Below, one piece after another: positions 23,439-36,300 of a stretch of DNA of 41,901 nucleotides. Both the position numbers and the translations under genes were made by a program. The notes under the pieces are model-generated. The model did no database searches. It had not been told where the DNA came from and saw only the letters and a program-made list of their open reading frames with translations. Within the stretch, counting starts at the first letter, position 1, and every line of letters begins with the position of its first letter. Origin of the DNA: Kiritimatiellia bacterium (GTDB lineage: Bacteria > Verrucomicrobiota > Kiritimatiellia > RFP12 > UBA3636); NCBI GenBank assembly GCA_017413145.1, contig JAFPUX010000546.1, positions 1 through 41,901 of the forward strand, in the 5' to 3' direction.

Positions 23439-24299
23439 ATGGACACGAAACACGCCGCCGGCCTCCTCGCGGACCTGCTCCGCCGCGCCTCCACGGAACT
23501 TCCCGCGGACGTCCTCGACGCGCTCGGCCGCGCCGAGGCGGCCGAAGCGCCCGGCGGCCCGGCGCGCGCCTCGCTCGCGACGATCCGCGAGAACGCGCGC
23601 CTCGCCCGCGAGGGCTCCGTGCCCGCGTGCCAGGACACCGGCACGCCCTCCTTCTGGTTCGACCTGCCGGACGGAACCCCCGTCCTTCCCCTGCGCGAAG
23701 CCGTCCGCGAGGCGGTCGCCCGCGCGACCGCCGCCGGGCACCTGCGCCTCAACGTGATCGAGGTTCCGTCGGGCCGGCAGGTTTCGTCCAACTTCGCGGA
23801 CGGCTCGCCGGCGATCCACTTCCGCTTCGGTCCGCCGGAGACGACGCGGCCGCGCGCGACGGTCCTGCTCAAGGGCGGCGGCTCGGAGAACCAGGGCCGC
23901 CAGTATTCGCTGCCCGATTCCGCGCTCGGCGCGGGGCGCGACCCGGAAGGCGTCCGCAAGTGCCTGCTCGACGCCGTCTGGCGCGCACAGGGCGCGGGCT
24001 GCGCGCCGGGCGTGCTCGGCGTGTGCGTCGGCGGCGACCGTGCCGGCGCCTTCGCGTGCGCCAAGGAACAGCTGCTTCGCCCGCTTCCGGACGAATCGCC
24101 CGACCCGACGCTCGCGGCGCTCGAAAAGCGCGTCCTCGCGGAAGCGAACGAACTCGGCGTGGGGCCGATGGGCCTGGGCGGCCGCACGACGCTGCTGGGC
24201 GTGAAGATCGCGGCGTTGCCGCGCGTGCCGGCATCGTATTTCGTGACGGTCGCCTACAACTGCTGGGCCGTCCGCCGCGCCTCGGCCGCGCTGGCGTAG
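23439..24299 (+). CDS. class I (Fe-S) fumarate hydratase / tartrate dehydratase alpha subunit
   Basis: 286 aa with the CQDTG motif and KGGGSEN, typical of the Fe-S hydro-lyase alpha (N-terminal) region. Confidence 0.87.
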   Translation: MDTKHAAGLLADLLRRASTELPADVLDALGRAEAAEAPGGPARASLATIRENARLAREGSVPACQDTGTPSFWFDLPDGTPVLPLREAVREAVARATAAGHLRLNVIEVPSGRQVSSNFADGSPAIHFRFGPPETTRPRATVLLKGGGSENQGRQYSLPDSALGAGRDPEGVRKCLLDAVWRAQGAGCAPGVLGVCVGGDRAGAFACAKEQLLRPLPDESPDPTLAALEKRVLAEANELGVGPMGLGGRTTLLGVKIAALPRVPASYFVTVAYNCWAVRRASAALA

Positions 24300-24333
24300 G
24301 CGCCCGCCCGCGGGCAGACGGCCGGACGACATG

Positions 24334-24376
24334 CACGAGGGGCGCGCGCCGCGGTTGCGGCACGCGCCCCGTCGTG
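24334..24376. terminator. long GC hairpin between convergent genes (possible bidirectional terminator, no U-tract)
   Basis: GGGGCGCGCGCCGC-GGTT-GCGGCACGCGCCCC (14-bp stem, 1 mismatch), extended by CACGA/TCGTG. It lies between the fumarase stop and the giant-gene stop (24390). Confidence 0.45.
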
Positions 24377-24389
24377 CGAATCCGCGGAT

Positions 24390-27300
24390 TTACCGGACGA
24401 ACTTCCAGCCGCCGTCGGGATCGCGGTAGAGCGTTCCGGACGGCTTGGCGGCGCCGGGCTCGACGAAGCGCCAGTTGCCGTCGGCGTCGCGGACGAGCAC
24501 GCCCTCGCCGCGCGCGGCCTCGCGGAACTCGAACGAGCCGTTCGCGTTCTTCAGCCAGGTCCAGTAGGACCAGGTGCCGTCGCCGTTGTCGACCATCTTG
24601 CCGTAGTCGGCGTAGATCTTCACGCGGTAGAAGCCGGTCGTGAAGTCGACGCCCTCGGCCTGGTCGGCCGGCAGCATGCGGGCGACGCCGGGCTCGGACA
24701 GGTGGTCGTTCACGCCGTCCGTGACCGAGTAGAAGACCGCGCCGTCGTCGTTGGCGACGTCGTGCGAGGCGACGGTCTCCCACGCCGGATCCCCGAGCGC
24801 GGCCTTGCGCTGCAGCTCGTAGGTCAGCACGACGCCCGGACGGAGGGCCGGGTAGGCGACGTCGACGTACGGGACGCCGTCCGCGTCGAACGCGAGGGCC
24901 GGGACCGTGTAGCGGGCCTTGGAGGCGGGATCGTTCGGATCGGAGCCGGCGAGGAACTCCTCGAGGTCGCCGACGCCGTCGCCGTCCGTGTCCGAAAGGT
25001 GCGTGTCGGTGCCCGTCACGAGGATCTCCATCGCGTCCGTGAGGCCGTCCAGGTCCGTGTCGGGCGTGCGCGGGTCGGAGTCGAGGACGCCGTCCGCGTA
25101 TTCTTGCCAGTACGCGAGACCGCCGGCGGAGGATGTCTCGTAGCCGCTGACGGAGAGCGTTCCGCGGAGCTTCCACCACTCCCACGCGTCGGGCAGCAGG
25201 TCGTTGTCCGTGTCGCGGTCGTGCAGGACGATCATGAGCCCCTTGACGTCGTCGCGGATGTCGATCGGCGAAGCCGCCGGATCGAGGTTCGGGCTCACGG
25301 TGCCGGTCTGGACGGCGACGCCCTGCGTCTCCCAGTCGTCCGCCACGCCGTTCTCGTTGGAATCGAGGAACGCGCGGATGGCGTAGACGCCGCCGACGAG
25401 GTTCGACACGGCGAAGGCTCCCTTCGCCTCGCGGACGAACTGCGCCACGGGGACGCCGGAAACGGAGGTGCTCGTCTTGGCCTGGTCGGCGAGCTTGAAC
25501 ACCTGCAACACGAGGTCGCACGGGAACGTCTTCTTGACGAGAACGACGCGCAGGCCGTCCGCGGGCTTCTTGGCGAACTCCAGGTGGATGGCGCCCGACT
25601 CGTAGTCGATCGTTCCGGACCAGACCGAGCTGGCGGGATCGCGGGTGCTGGAAGCGTAGAAGATGCCGTCGGCGGCGGAGTCGTTGAAGAACTCCTCGGC
25701 CCAGTCGCCCTCGCCCGAGTATCCGTTGTCGGAGGTCTCGTCGCCCTGCGGATCGCGGACGAGCAGGATGCCCATCGCGCCGGGCGCGAGAACCGACGGA
25801 TCGACGGTCGCGTCGAACGTGTTGTCGGCCGCCACGCCGCCGGACGTTCCGAGCTCGGCGACGGTTTCGCGCTGCATCACCTTGCCGTAGTACCGGATGG
25901 TGCCTTCGGCGGTGTAGAGGCCGCGGTTCTCGCCGGAGTTGTCGAGCTGGAACTTCTCCTGGACCACCTGCCGGCGGAAGACCGTCGGCTGGACGCGCGT
26001 GCGTTCGGTGAGGCGGTACATGTAGTAGCCGTCCTCGAGCTCGAGGAAGTGCTTGGGATCCTCGAGCTGCGGCGTGGCGGTGTAGTAGTAGAGGTCCGTG
26101 CCGGGCTTGCCGTGGCAGAGCGGGAAACCGACCGTGAGGTCTTCGACGACGGGCGTGCCCGTCTCGTCGTCCGGTCCGGAGAGCTTGTAGAGGTCGAACC
26201 GGACGCCGGCGTTGCGGGAATCCATCTCCCACTCGAACTCGACGACGTTGCCGCGCACCTTCGTGAGCTGCGTCGGGTAACGGGCCTTCAGCGCGCGGCG
26301 GTTGTCGTCCGTGCCGCCGTAGATCTGGAACACGCCGCCGGCGATGTCCTGTTTGCGCGGGCCGTCGGTGGCCGCGACTTTCCAGGTCACGTCGATCACG
26401 TTGGTTTCGCCGAGGAGGAATCCGTATCCGACGGGGGTGCCGTAGTTTTCCAGGGGCGCAATCTGCGTGGCGCGCAGGAGATCCTCCTCGTGGAAGAAGG
26501 TGCGCGGGGCGTCGACGACGCACTTGTAGACGTTGCGCGTGATCGTCTGGCTCGACGTGGTCGACGTCGAAACGTCCGCGCGGGCGACCCGCGTCGTGGA
26601 GAACAGGTAGGTGTTCACCCAGTCGAAGCCGGCGGGAACCGCGGCCGGGAGCGTCCGCAGCGCGGCGGCCTTCCAGGCCGCGGCGTTACCGGTCCAGGAC
26701 TCGGGCTTGCCGTCGCCGTCCGTGTCGCGGTCGCGCAGGACGACGTGGACGTCGTCCAGGTCGACCGCCACGCGGAGAGTCGAGTTGGTGATCAAGAGCG
26801 GCGGACACCAGGACGGAACCTGGATCGGGCAGGCCGAGCCGCCGAGGAAGCCCCAACCCTGCGTGTCGCCGGGCCCGAAGCGGCCGTCGGAGTCCGAATC
26901 GACCCAACCGACCACGGCGTACTTGCCGGCGGAGAGCCCGTGCAGCTCGAAGCGGCCGTTGGCGTCGGGAACCGCCCGGGCGACCGGGTTGCCGGACACG
27001 CCGAGGCTCGTCGAGGCCGTGGAAGGAAGCGGGTACGCCTGGACCACGGTCTTGCCGGGAACCAGGGCGGCGCCGAGGCGGCCGTAGTAGTGGACGTGGC
27101 CCTTGATCGCCGCGCGGACGCGGGATCCATCCTGCTCGTTGTCGATCGTGAAGGCGCCGGTCACGCTCTGCGGCTGGACGGCCGTCGTGCGGAGGTTCTC
27201 CTTGATCGTGTACGTGTACGTGCCGCTCGGGAGGGACACGATCGAACGGCCGTTTTCGAGCTGCGGGACGTACGTGTAGTAGTAGTCGTCGTCCGTGGTC

Positions 27301-30300
27301 CGGCCGTGGCGGACGGGGAACGGCACGTACAGTTCGTTCAGGCCGGCGACGGCGGCGCCCGACGAGTTCTTCACGGTGAAGAACACGCCTTCGGTGCGCC
27401 AGTCCATCTCCCACTTGAACTCGACGAGAGACCCGCAGACGGTGGATCCGGCGACCGGAGCGACCGCCTTCATCGTGCGGCGCGGACCGTGGTTCGGGGC
27501 GAGCGCGAGGATGAAATCGCCTTTCGCGACGACGTCCTTCTCGCCCTGGCCGTTGTCGGCCACGACGGTCCACGTGTAGCGGTCCGACTCTTCGGTTCCG
27601 AGGTCGAACAGGTCGATGCCGCGGATTCCGGCTTCGATGTAGTCGCCTTCGTGGATGAACGTGCGCGGCGCTTCGACGGTGATGCCGGTCTTGTCGTCGT
27701 CGTCGTCGTCGGACGGAACGGCCATCAGGTCGTTGCCGGCCCAGATGTTGACCTTGTAGCTCGTCACGTTGTCGTTCGTGCTGGCGGGCCACGAGATGCG
27801 CGGGAAGCCGAAGAGCTCGTCCGTGAGCGGAACGGTCGTCTTGACCGAATCGGGACCGACGAGCACCGCGTTGTAGAGGGAGAGGCCGGCCGGCTCGCCT
27901 TCGCTCCAAGTGCCGTCGCCGTCGCCGTCGAGCCACCCGAAGAACCGGTTGTAGCCGCCGACGGCGTGCGTGCCTTTCGTGCGGATGAAACCGCCGACTT
28001 CGATCGGGTAGGTGTAGCCGTCGACCTGGTATTCGATCGCGAACTGCTTGCCCACGAAGTCGCCCGTTCCGAGGACGTAGCCGGCCTCCATCTCGAGGTA
28101 GAGCGCGTTGCCGCCGGCCTCGTTGGCGAACTGCAGCAGCTCCGGGTTGAACGGGGAGGAGGGGTAGGTCACGTCTTTCGTCGGATCGTCGTCGGCCATG
28201 CGGACGGAGATCGTCGCGGACACGACGTTGCCGAGGGGCAGCTTCGTGGCGGCGAAGGAGACGCCCTCGACGGCGCGCGTCCCGTCGGAACCGATGACGA
28301 GACCCGAGGCGGCGACGCCGTCGCCCATGGTGTACACGCCGTCGGGCGTGCCGCCCATGTAGATGCCGCGGGACCGGTTGCCGTCGACGAACGTGCCCTT
28401 GCGGCGTTGCGAGTAGGTCGCGAGCGCGGGGTTGGCCGCGCCGTTCGTGGCGGCGGCGTACTCGCCGGCGTAGAGGAACTCGACCGACATCTTCGGCGTC
28501 GGGAACGAAGTCGCGCTCCGCGGATCGGTGCCGGCGAGGTATTCCTCGTAGTTGGTCCAGCCGTCGTCGTCCAGGTCGCCCTCCGCGTCGTAGCGGTCGG
28601 GATCGAGGCCGTTGTCGATCTCCCAGCGGGGGGGCATCATGTCGCCGTCGTCGTAGAGCTCGCCCCAGGTGAGGGTGCCCGCGGCGGACTGGCTGTCGTA
28701 GTCCATGCGGCCGTCGCCGGCGGAGTCCATCTTGTCGACGTCGGTGCCGGCGCAATCCTCCTGGTAGGGATCGAGACCGTCGCCGTCGATGTCGCCGTAG
28801 GCGCCGCCGCCGACCATGTTGGTCGTTGAGTGGTGCTGGTCCGGATCGTCCGACACGTCCGCGACGTACGAGAAGGTGACCTCGTAGGCGGTCGCGACCA
28901 GGTTGGTGAGCGCCTCGGTGGCGCCGGACCAGTCCAGGCGCGGGAAGTCCCACAGCGAGTCGGTGAGCGGGATCGTCGTCTCGATGCTGTCCCAGCTCAC
29001 GAGCGAAGGCCGCGGGATCGAGAGGCCCATCGGTTCGAGACCGGGATCCCACTTGCCGTTGTCGTTGAGTTCAAGCCAGCCGAGGAACCGGTTGTAGCCC
29101 GACACCATGTGGTCGTGCGTGCCGGCCACGACGCGGGTCATGCCGTTGACGGAGTACGGGAACGACCGGCCGCCGACCGAGTATTCGACCGTGAACTCGC
29201 TCCCGACGACGTCCGATCCCGGATCGAGGTAGATCGTGCCGGTCGCCCAGTGGAGCAGGCCGAGGGACCCTTTGCCCTTGTTGTCGAGGAAGGCGCCGTA
29301 ATCCGGATCCGTCGCGTAGGTCTTGAAGTCCGACCGGGTCGTGGAACCGTTGAGCATGTACGAGATGGAGGCGGTCCCCACGCCGATGTTGACGTTGTTG
29401 AGGTTCGCGGTCAGCGAGAAAGTCCGCGTGACCCCGCCCAGGTTCAACCCGACGCCCTCGCCGGCCTTCACGAACTCTCCGCCTTCGGCGATGGTTCCCC
29501 TGTAGCGGCCGTCGTACCAGCCGCCCATCTTGGCGCGTCCCTTGAGCGGATCGTCCTTCTCGACGCCGGTCGTCTTTTCGCTGTACGCGTCGATGTAGGG
29601 GACGCCGACGGCCGTCTGCTCCTCGTCCGCGAACACGTTCTCGCCGTTGTAGTAGAACGTGGCGTTGAAGCGCGGCTGCGGGAAGATGTCGGCGCGGTCC
29701 GGATCGGTTCCGGCCATGTACTCCTCCCAGTTGGTCCAGCCGTCGCCGTCGAGGTCGGCGTTGCCGTCGTGGCGGTTGGGATCGAGGCCGAACCGGATTT
29801 CCCAGGCGTTGTCCATGCCGTCGCCGTCGTCGTACAGTTCGCCGTACGTGAGGCTGCGGTTGTCGGGACGGGAGTAGTAGTCGGAGTAGCCGTCCGAATC
29901 CGTGTCGTAGCGGTAGGGGCTCGTGCGGGCGAGGTACTCGGCGTAGTTGTCGAGGCCGTCGCCGTCCGGGTCGCCGTAGGCGCCGTTCGCGCCGTCCGCC
30001 GAATTCGGATCGAGCCCGTAGGCGATTTCCCACCAGTCGGGCATGCCGTCGCCGTCGGTGTCGACGCCCTCGATCGCGGTGCCGCGGCCCTTGCCGTCCC
30101 ACAGCTCGACGTCGATGTCCGCCACGGCGTCCATGAGCGGGAGCATGTCGGAAAGGACGGGAACGCCGGTGTAGCGGCCGTAGTAGTCGAGCTTGCCGAG
30201 GAACGCGTTCGGGGCGATTTCCATCGGCCCGCTGACCGCGGTGCGGTAAAACATCCCGTACGGGTTCATCGAGTTGCGGATCTGGCCGAGCTGGACGTCG

Positions 30301-33300
30301 GTCGAACCGGCGGCGGGCAGCGCGGCGGGGACGACGTCGTCCTGGCGGTACGGGATGAAGTTCGGCGCGATCATCGCGTCGTTTTCCCAGTCGAGCGGAG
30401 AACGGTAGCGGTAGGAGGAAACCGTCCACGTCCCCTCGTTCCAGTTGGGGTGGAGCCCCTTCATGTCGAGCGCGGGCGTCTGCGGCATGTGCGCGACGGT
30501 GTTCTCGATCCACGGGACGTAGCTGTAGTCCGTGTAGATGTTGGAACGGTGCTGGGCGGTGTACCACCACGGGACGAGGTGCGGGAACACGAGCGAGCGG
30601 TAGTGGTACCAGAACGGCGCGGTCCAGAACGGCGTCGGGCGGTAGGCCGAGACCGTGTCGCTCTGCCAACCGGCGGGGAACGGATCGGCGTCGGCCGTGA
30701 AGTATTCCGCGAACGACGTGTCGCGGTCGCGGGCGGGCATCACGTCCGGCAGGTTGTCGAACGTGTAGTGGTAGAGGAGCTTCTGGGGGAAGTCCGACAT
30801 CGTCGTCGCCTTGAGGAGGTTCGTGCCGACGCGGTCGGGCTCCCAGCCGTCGAGCTCCCAGGCGAGACGCTTGCGGTTGACCTCCTCGATGTCTTCCTTC
30901 GTGAAGCGCTTCGTCATCGCGTTCTTGATTTCGGAATGCGTGCGGCAGCGGTCCCAGATGCGGATTTCGTCCATCCAACCGACGAAATACTGGTCCGGAT
31001 CGAAGTCGGGTTCGCTCTGGCCGGAGACCGTGCTGCCCATGGCGGTGCCCCACGGGAAGGTCTCGTAGGCGCCGCCGACGACGCCCCACGGGTTGCGGTC
31101 GTTGGCGCCGAGGACGATCGGCGCCGGGCTGTAGTCGTAGAGGTTGGCCGTCTCCCAGCGGCCGTCCAGGCCGGTCGGCGACTGCCACTGGCGGCCGAAG
31201 AGCCCGCCTGTGCACGGCTTGAGGCCCGCGCCCACGCTGCCGGCGTATTCGCCGTTGACGTAGATGGCGAGACGGTCCCCGACGGAGTCCATCACGACGG
31301 CCACGTGAGCCCAGTGGTTCGGAACGAGGCGGCCCGTGGAAACGGCCGTGACGGAGGAGACCGTCTCGAGCGCGTCGTTGTCGACCTGCGCGATGATCCG
31401 GCCGAGGTTGTCGAGCTGGATCAGGAACGTGTTCCGGATGCGCCAGTGCGTGGCGCCGGAAGAGTCGTCCACGGGCATGAGAACGGGACGCTGGACGAGC
31501 GTGGCGCGCTTGCCCGGGGCGGGCAGCTCCTGCGGGCGGACCCAGAACTCCACGGTGTAGCTCGTGAGCGAGAACTTGTCGTGGTAGTACGGGTTGCGCG
31601 TGCGGGCGGCGGCGTGGCCGTCGAAGTAGAGCGCCTTGCGGTTGCGCGGCGAGTCGAGGTCGAGCGGGTCGGTGACGCCGCTGTTGTCGCCCTGCGTGAG
31701 CTCCTCGCGGTCGGAAATGTTGTCGTTGTCCGTGTCGAAGCCTTCGTTGATCTCGAAGTCGAAGAGGTACGTCGGGCCGTCCGCGTCGCTCTCGAGCAGG
31801 TCGAGGTCCCACCACCAGTAGGTCACGCCGAGCTCGCCGTCGACCTTGTAGTAGAGGTTCACGAGGGATTCGGCGTAGGTCGGATCCGTGAACCAGTAGG
31901 GCGACGGGTCGGTGTGGTGCAGGACGTCGTTGAGGAGGTAGTCGTAGCCTTCCTCCTCGTTCGCGAGTCCGTCCTGGTCCGGGTCGGCGAAGCGGTCGCC
32001 GGCGAGCCACGGGCGGGTCTTGTAGTCGAAGTGCGCGGCGGCCGCGACGGGGAAGCCCATCGGCGTGTGGAAGGGCGCGTCCTCGCGCGGGACGGGCTGC
32101 AGGCCGGCGTCGGTCGGGTCGAGGATGCGGACGTAGGCCGGGTCGGCGTTGATGATCCAGTCGCGGGTCGAGCCGTTGCCCCACGGGTGGACGTCGGCGC
32201 GGTCCTGCTCCGGGTAGCTGCCGGCCTTGCCGACGACGGGCGAGCCGCCGTAGAGCGGGTTGAGGCCGTGGTAGATTTCCCAGTAGTCGTCCATGCCGTC
32301 GTTGTCCGTGTCGGGCGAGCGCGGCAGGCAGGTCGGGTAGATCGACTTGGGGGCCATGAACCGCCAGAGGACGGGCGGACCCGGGTCGACGACCTGGACG
32401 TCCACGGGCTCCCAGCCGGCCGGGGCGCGGCCGTAGGAGTACATGTAGTCGCGCAGGTCGTTCTCGGCGCAGGGCGTGCCGTCGTAGAGCGTGTAGAACT
32501 CCTCGATGCTGATGAAGGCTGTCGGGAGCTCGGCGCCGGTCTCGGGATCCTGGTCGAGCATGAAGCGGCACTGGACGTCATGCGTGAGCGCGAAGACGCG
32601 CTGCATGTAGTTGGCGATGACGGAGACCTTGAACTGCGGGTCTTCCTCGGCCCTCGCCAGGTCGTTCAGCGTGGGCGAATTGCTCTCGTCCCAGCCCTGG
32701 GCGGTAAGGACCGAGCCGTCCATCTTGAACACGTGCGTGATCTCGCGCTGCCAGCGCTTCTCGAGGCACTGGACGGTCTTTATGATTTTGTCGATGCGGA
32801 CGTCGCTCGGATTGGCGCGGAAGAAGTCGGACGGCCGGTACGGCTGGAAGTGGACGGACTTGCCGTAGGGGTAGCCGTCGGTCGCGATCGGGACGGTGCC
32901 GAGGAGCGGCATGGCGACCTCGTAAAGGCGCTCGACCGTGCCGGGGATCGGGTCGATGCTGTAGTTGGCGGCGATCCAGGGGTCGGTGGCGATGCGGCCG
33001 GCGAGATGCTCGTCCTTCATCGAGTAGGGGGCCTGGAATTCGCCGAAGGGCACCCAGAGCTCCTCGTGGTCGGGGCTGTACCACTTGTCGTAACGCCAAC
33101 CGTAGACGGCGCCCGCGAGGTACTCCTGGTAGTTCGGAAGGCCGTCGCAGTCGGGGTCGCCGTACGGGCCGAACACGTCGAGTTTTCCGAAGCCGAGGGC
33201 GTTGGTCGTGTCGTAGGTTCCGGTGTAGTAGTGCCAGGCGTCGCCCATGCGGTCGAAACGGGTGTCGGCCGAGCTGGGGTTGAGGTTGACGAGCGGGTTT

Positions 33301-36300
33301 CCGTCGCCGTTGTAGTCGTAGTCGGCTTCCTGGTACTCGGCCGCGTCCGCGACGCCGTCGCCGTCGGTGTCGCCGTGCCACGGGTCGGTCGGGAAGAGCT
33401 TGTTGGTCCAGTTTTCGGCCGTCGGCTTGTACCAGTCGGCGTCATGGTAGTGGCCGACGCACTGCTCCTCCTCGAGGTAGGCGCCCGCGTCGATCTGCGC
33501 CTGGCGGGTCTCGTACATCGTCCAGTTCTCGAACTCCTGGCGCCAGCCGAGGCCGTCGCCGGCCTGGTCGTCCGGGTCGGGGCGGAGGGGTTTCGGGCAG
33601 AACGGGTTGGGCGGGAAGAACGCCGCGTAGACGTGGTCGATCAGGTCGATCGACCCGGCCGGCTTGTAGCCGGCGTAGAGCGCCCAGCCGTCGGGGATGT
33701 TGTCCTGGTTGGAATCGTCGCTGCGGGGGTTCAGCGACTTGACCATTTCGCCCCCGGCGTCGACCCACTGGGAGGGGTAGACGAGCTGGGTGAACATGGG
33801 CCAGTTGCCGGAATCGTCCTTGCCGATCATCCACTTCTGGACGTAGAACTCCTCGCGGGAGGTGAAGGGGATGTTGGGGTTGGCGACCGGCGCGGTGTGG
33901 GCGCCGGCGCCGGGGATGAAGCCGAGGGAGACGGCGCCGTTCCAGTAGAACTGCTGGAAGTAGTCGTAGAGCAGGGCGTCGCAGTGGCGGTAGGGCCCCG
34001 ACACGTACATCATGTCGCAGTCGGGGTTCTTCGTCGCGTCGGCCGGGTCGTGCGGGTCGAGATCGAAGAGGATCTCCCAGCCGTCGGGCAGGCCGTCGTT
34101 GTCGGTGTCCCAGTGGAGCGGGTTGGTGCCGAGGTAGAACTCGTCGGCGTCGGGCACGCCGTCGCCGTCGAGATCGTTGACGGGATTCCACATGTTGGCG
34201 GAGAGGCCGAGCGCGCCGAGGATCTCCCCGAAGTTCGGCTGGGCGATGTTGGGCGCCAGGCCGCCGTCTTCGCTGCGGGGATCGAACTGGTTGAGCAACC
34301 ACTCCTTGGGGAAGAGGCCGTTGAGCGTGCGGTAGCTCGCGGAAAGCTCGGCGTCGCGCGAGCCGATCACCTCCTGGATGTAGGTCGGGAACGCGTCGTA
34401 GCCGGGCAGGAAGAACTGGCCGGTGAGGAAGTCGACGTAGGCGCCGGGGATCTCGCCGGGCTCGGTGTCCGCGCCGATGGCGGAGGGGTAGACGCCCTCC
34501 TGGCCGGCATAGGAGATGTGGGGGTTGCCGTAGGCGTCGATGTAGTCCGCGAACTGGCGCGGATTGTAGAAGAGCTTGGCGCGGCCGAGCGCGTCGACGT
34601 GGCCGTCGCGCGTGTAGACCTCGAGGCCGCCCATCATGAAGACGACGGCGGGGGTCGGTTCCTCGTCCATCGGATCGTCGTAGTAGGCGACGGCGGCGAT
34701 GGGCGCGTTGGTGAGGTAGTTGGGCTTGTTGCTGCGGGTGGTGGGGTCGAGGTTCGGGCTGCCGTAGTAGCACTCGTCGCGGATGAGCTCGGGCTCGAAG
34801 GTCTGCGGGGCGTAGCGGACGAAGAGCCCGCCGTCCCATTCGGCCTCGTACCCTTCGAGGGCCTGGCGCATCAGCGGGAACCCGGTCGCGCGGAAGTCGG
34901 CGGAGCCGCCGGGCGCGAGGTTCGGGTAGAGCGTGAAGGTCGGATCGTACGCGCGCCAGTACTGCGGCTTGTTCTCGTAGAGGATCGTCGTCCAGAAGTA
35001 GTACTCCCAGCCGTCCTCCAGTCCGTCGCCGTCGGTGTCCGCGACGGTCGGATCGGTGCCGGGGCAGTTGCCGCGGATGGCGAGGTTCGTGCGGGACAGG
35101 ATGCCGGGATAGCCGAAGGAGACCCAGTTCGGGGCGTGCTCGATGTCGGCGGAGATCTCGGAGGACGTCTGCTGGAGGCCGCGGAATTCGAGGATGTTGG
35201 AGAAGAAGGGCTTGGAGGCGCCGCTGCGCTTGCTGGCGAGCACGTCGTAGGCGCGGCCGGTGACGGACGGGGAGAGGAACGGAACGTCCTCTTCGCCGAC
35301 GTGCGTGCCGTAGTCGACGTAGTTGCCGCCGCCCGTGAGCGGGTAGAGGAAGACGCGGACCTTGTTGTCGCCGTCCTGGGCGTAGTACGGGTCGCCCGTC
35401 CAGACGTTGTCGATCTCCTCGTAGCGGGCGGTCGGGACGCGGTCGTTGTCGGCCGTGTCGTCGGCGTTGTAGAACGTGCCGCCGACGAAGGCCGTGCCGG
35501 AGGATCCGTAGACGCCCTTGCCGACGGTGACGGCGAGGGTCTGCCACTCGTCGAAGGAGTGGGTCGCGTTGTCCTTGCCGCCGTCCAGGTACCAAGCCTC
35601 CCATTCGTCGGAAAGACCGTCCTGGTCGAAGTCGCCGAAGTTGTCGATCCGTTCGAGCGTGAGTTCGTTCCAGTAGTCCTTGAAGGGATTCGAGGAGAAA
35701 TAGCGGATCGTCGCGGCGGCGCCGGCGGCGGGCGTGTTGATCAGGATCGCCCGGACGTTGGGGTTGGGGATGTACAGGTCGGAGGGCGCCGAGGCGAGCG
35801 CCGGATCCGGGAACATCCAGCCGAAGGGATAGGTCCCCTCGCCGAGAATCGGACGGACCATCGTGTTGTTGGCCGCCTTGAAGTCGTTGCCCGTCGCCTC
35901 GTTCCAGGGATTGGACGCGTCGTCGAGGCGGGTCGTGGCGGGGTTGATCTCGAAATCGGCGGTTCCGTTGCCGCCGGCGGTGACGATGGCGGAGAGCGTG
36001 CATTCGTCGGTGAAGAGGATCTTGCTCGATTCGAGCAGCGTGACGATGAAGTAACCGGTCTCGGACGTGCCGCCGTCCTTGTCGGACACGGTCACGGTGA
36101 TGATTTCGCCGTCGGCGGACACGCGGGACGAGACGTTGGCGCCCGTGTCGGCGGAATTGGACCAGTGGTACTGGAGGGTCGCCCGGTCGGCCGCCGAGGC
36201 GTCCGTCGCCGTGGCGGAGAAATTGTAGGGCGCGCCGGCGAGGGCGTTCACGGGCGTGGGATTGTCCGGGTCGCGGCTGGGGTACTGCAGCACGGGCGCG

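Noticed and set aside
23869-32581. Alternative minus-strand frames over the giant gene (884 aa, 788 aa, 1166 aa, 240 aa and others).
   Set aside because: They give Arg/Pro/Gly-rich nonsense translations that are out of frame with the clearly coding 4214-aa frame. This is a high-GC artefact.
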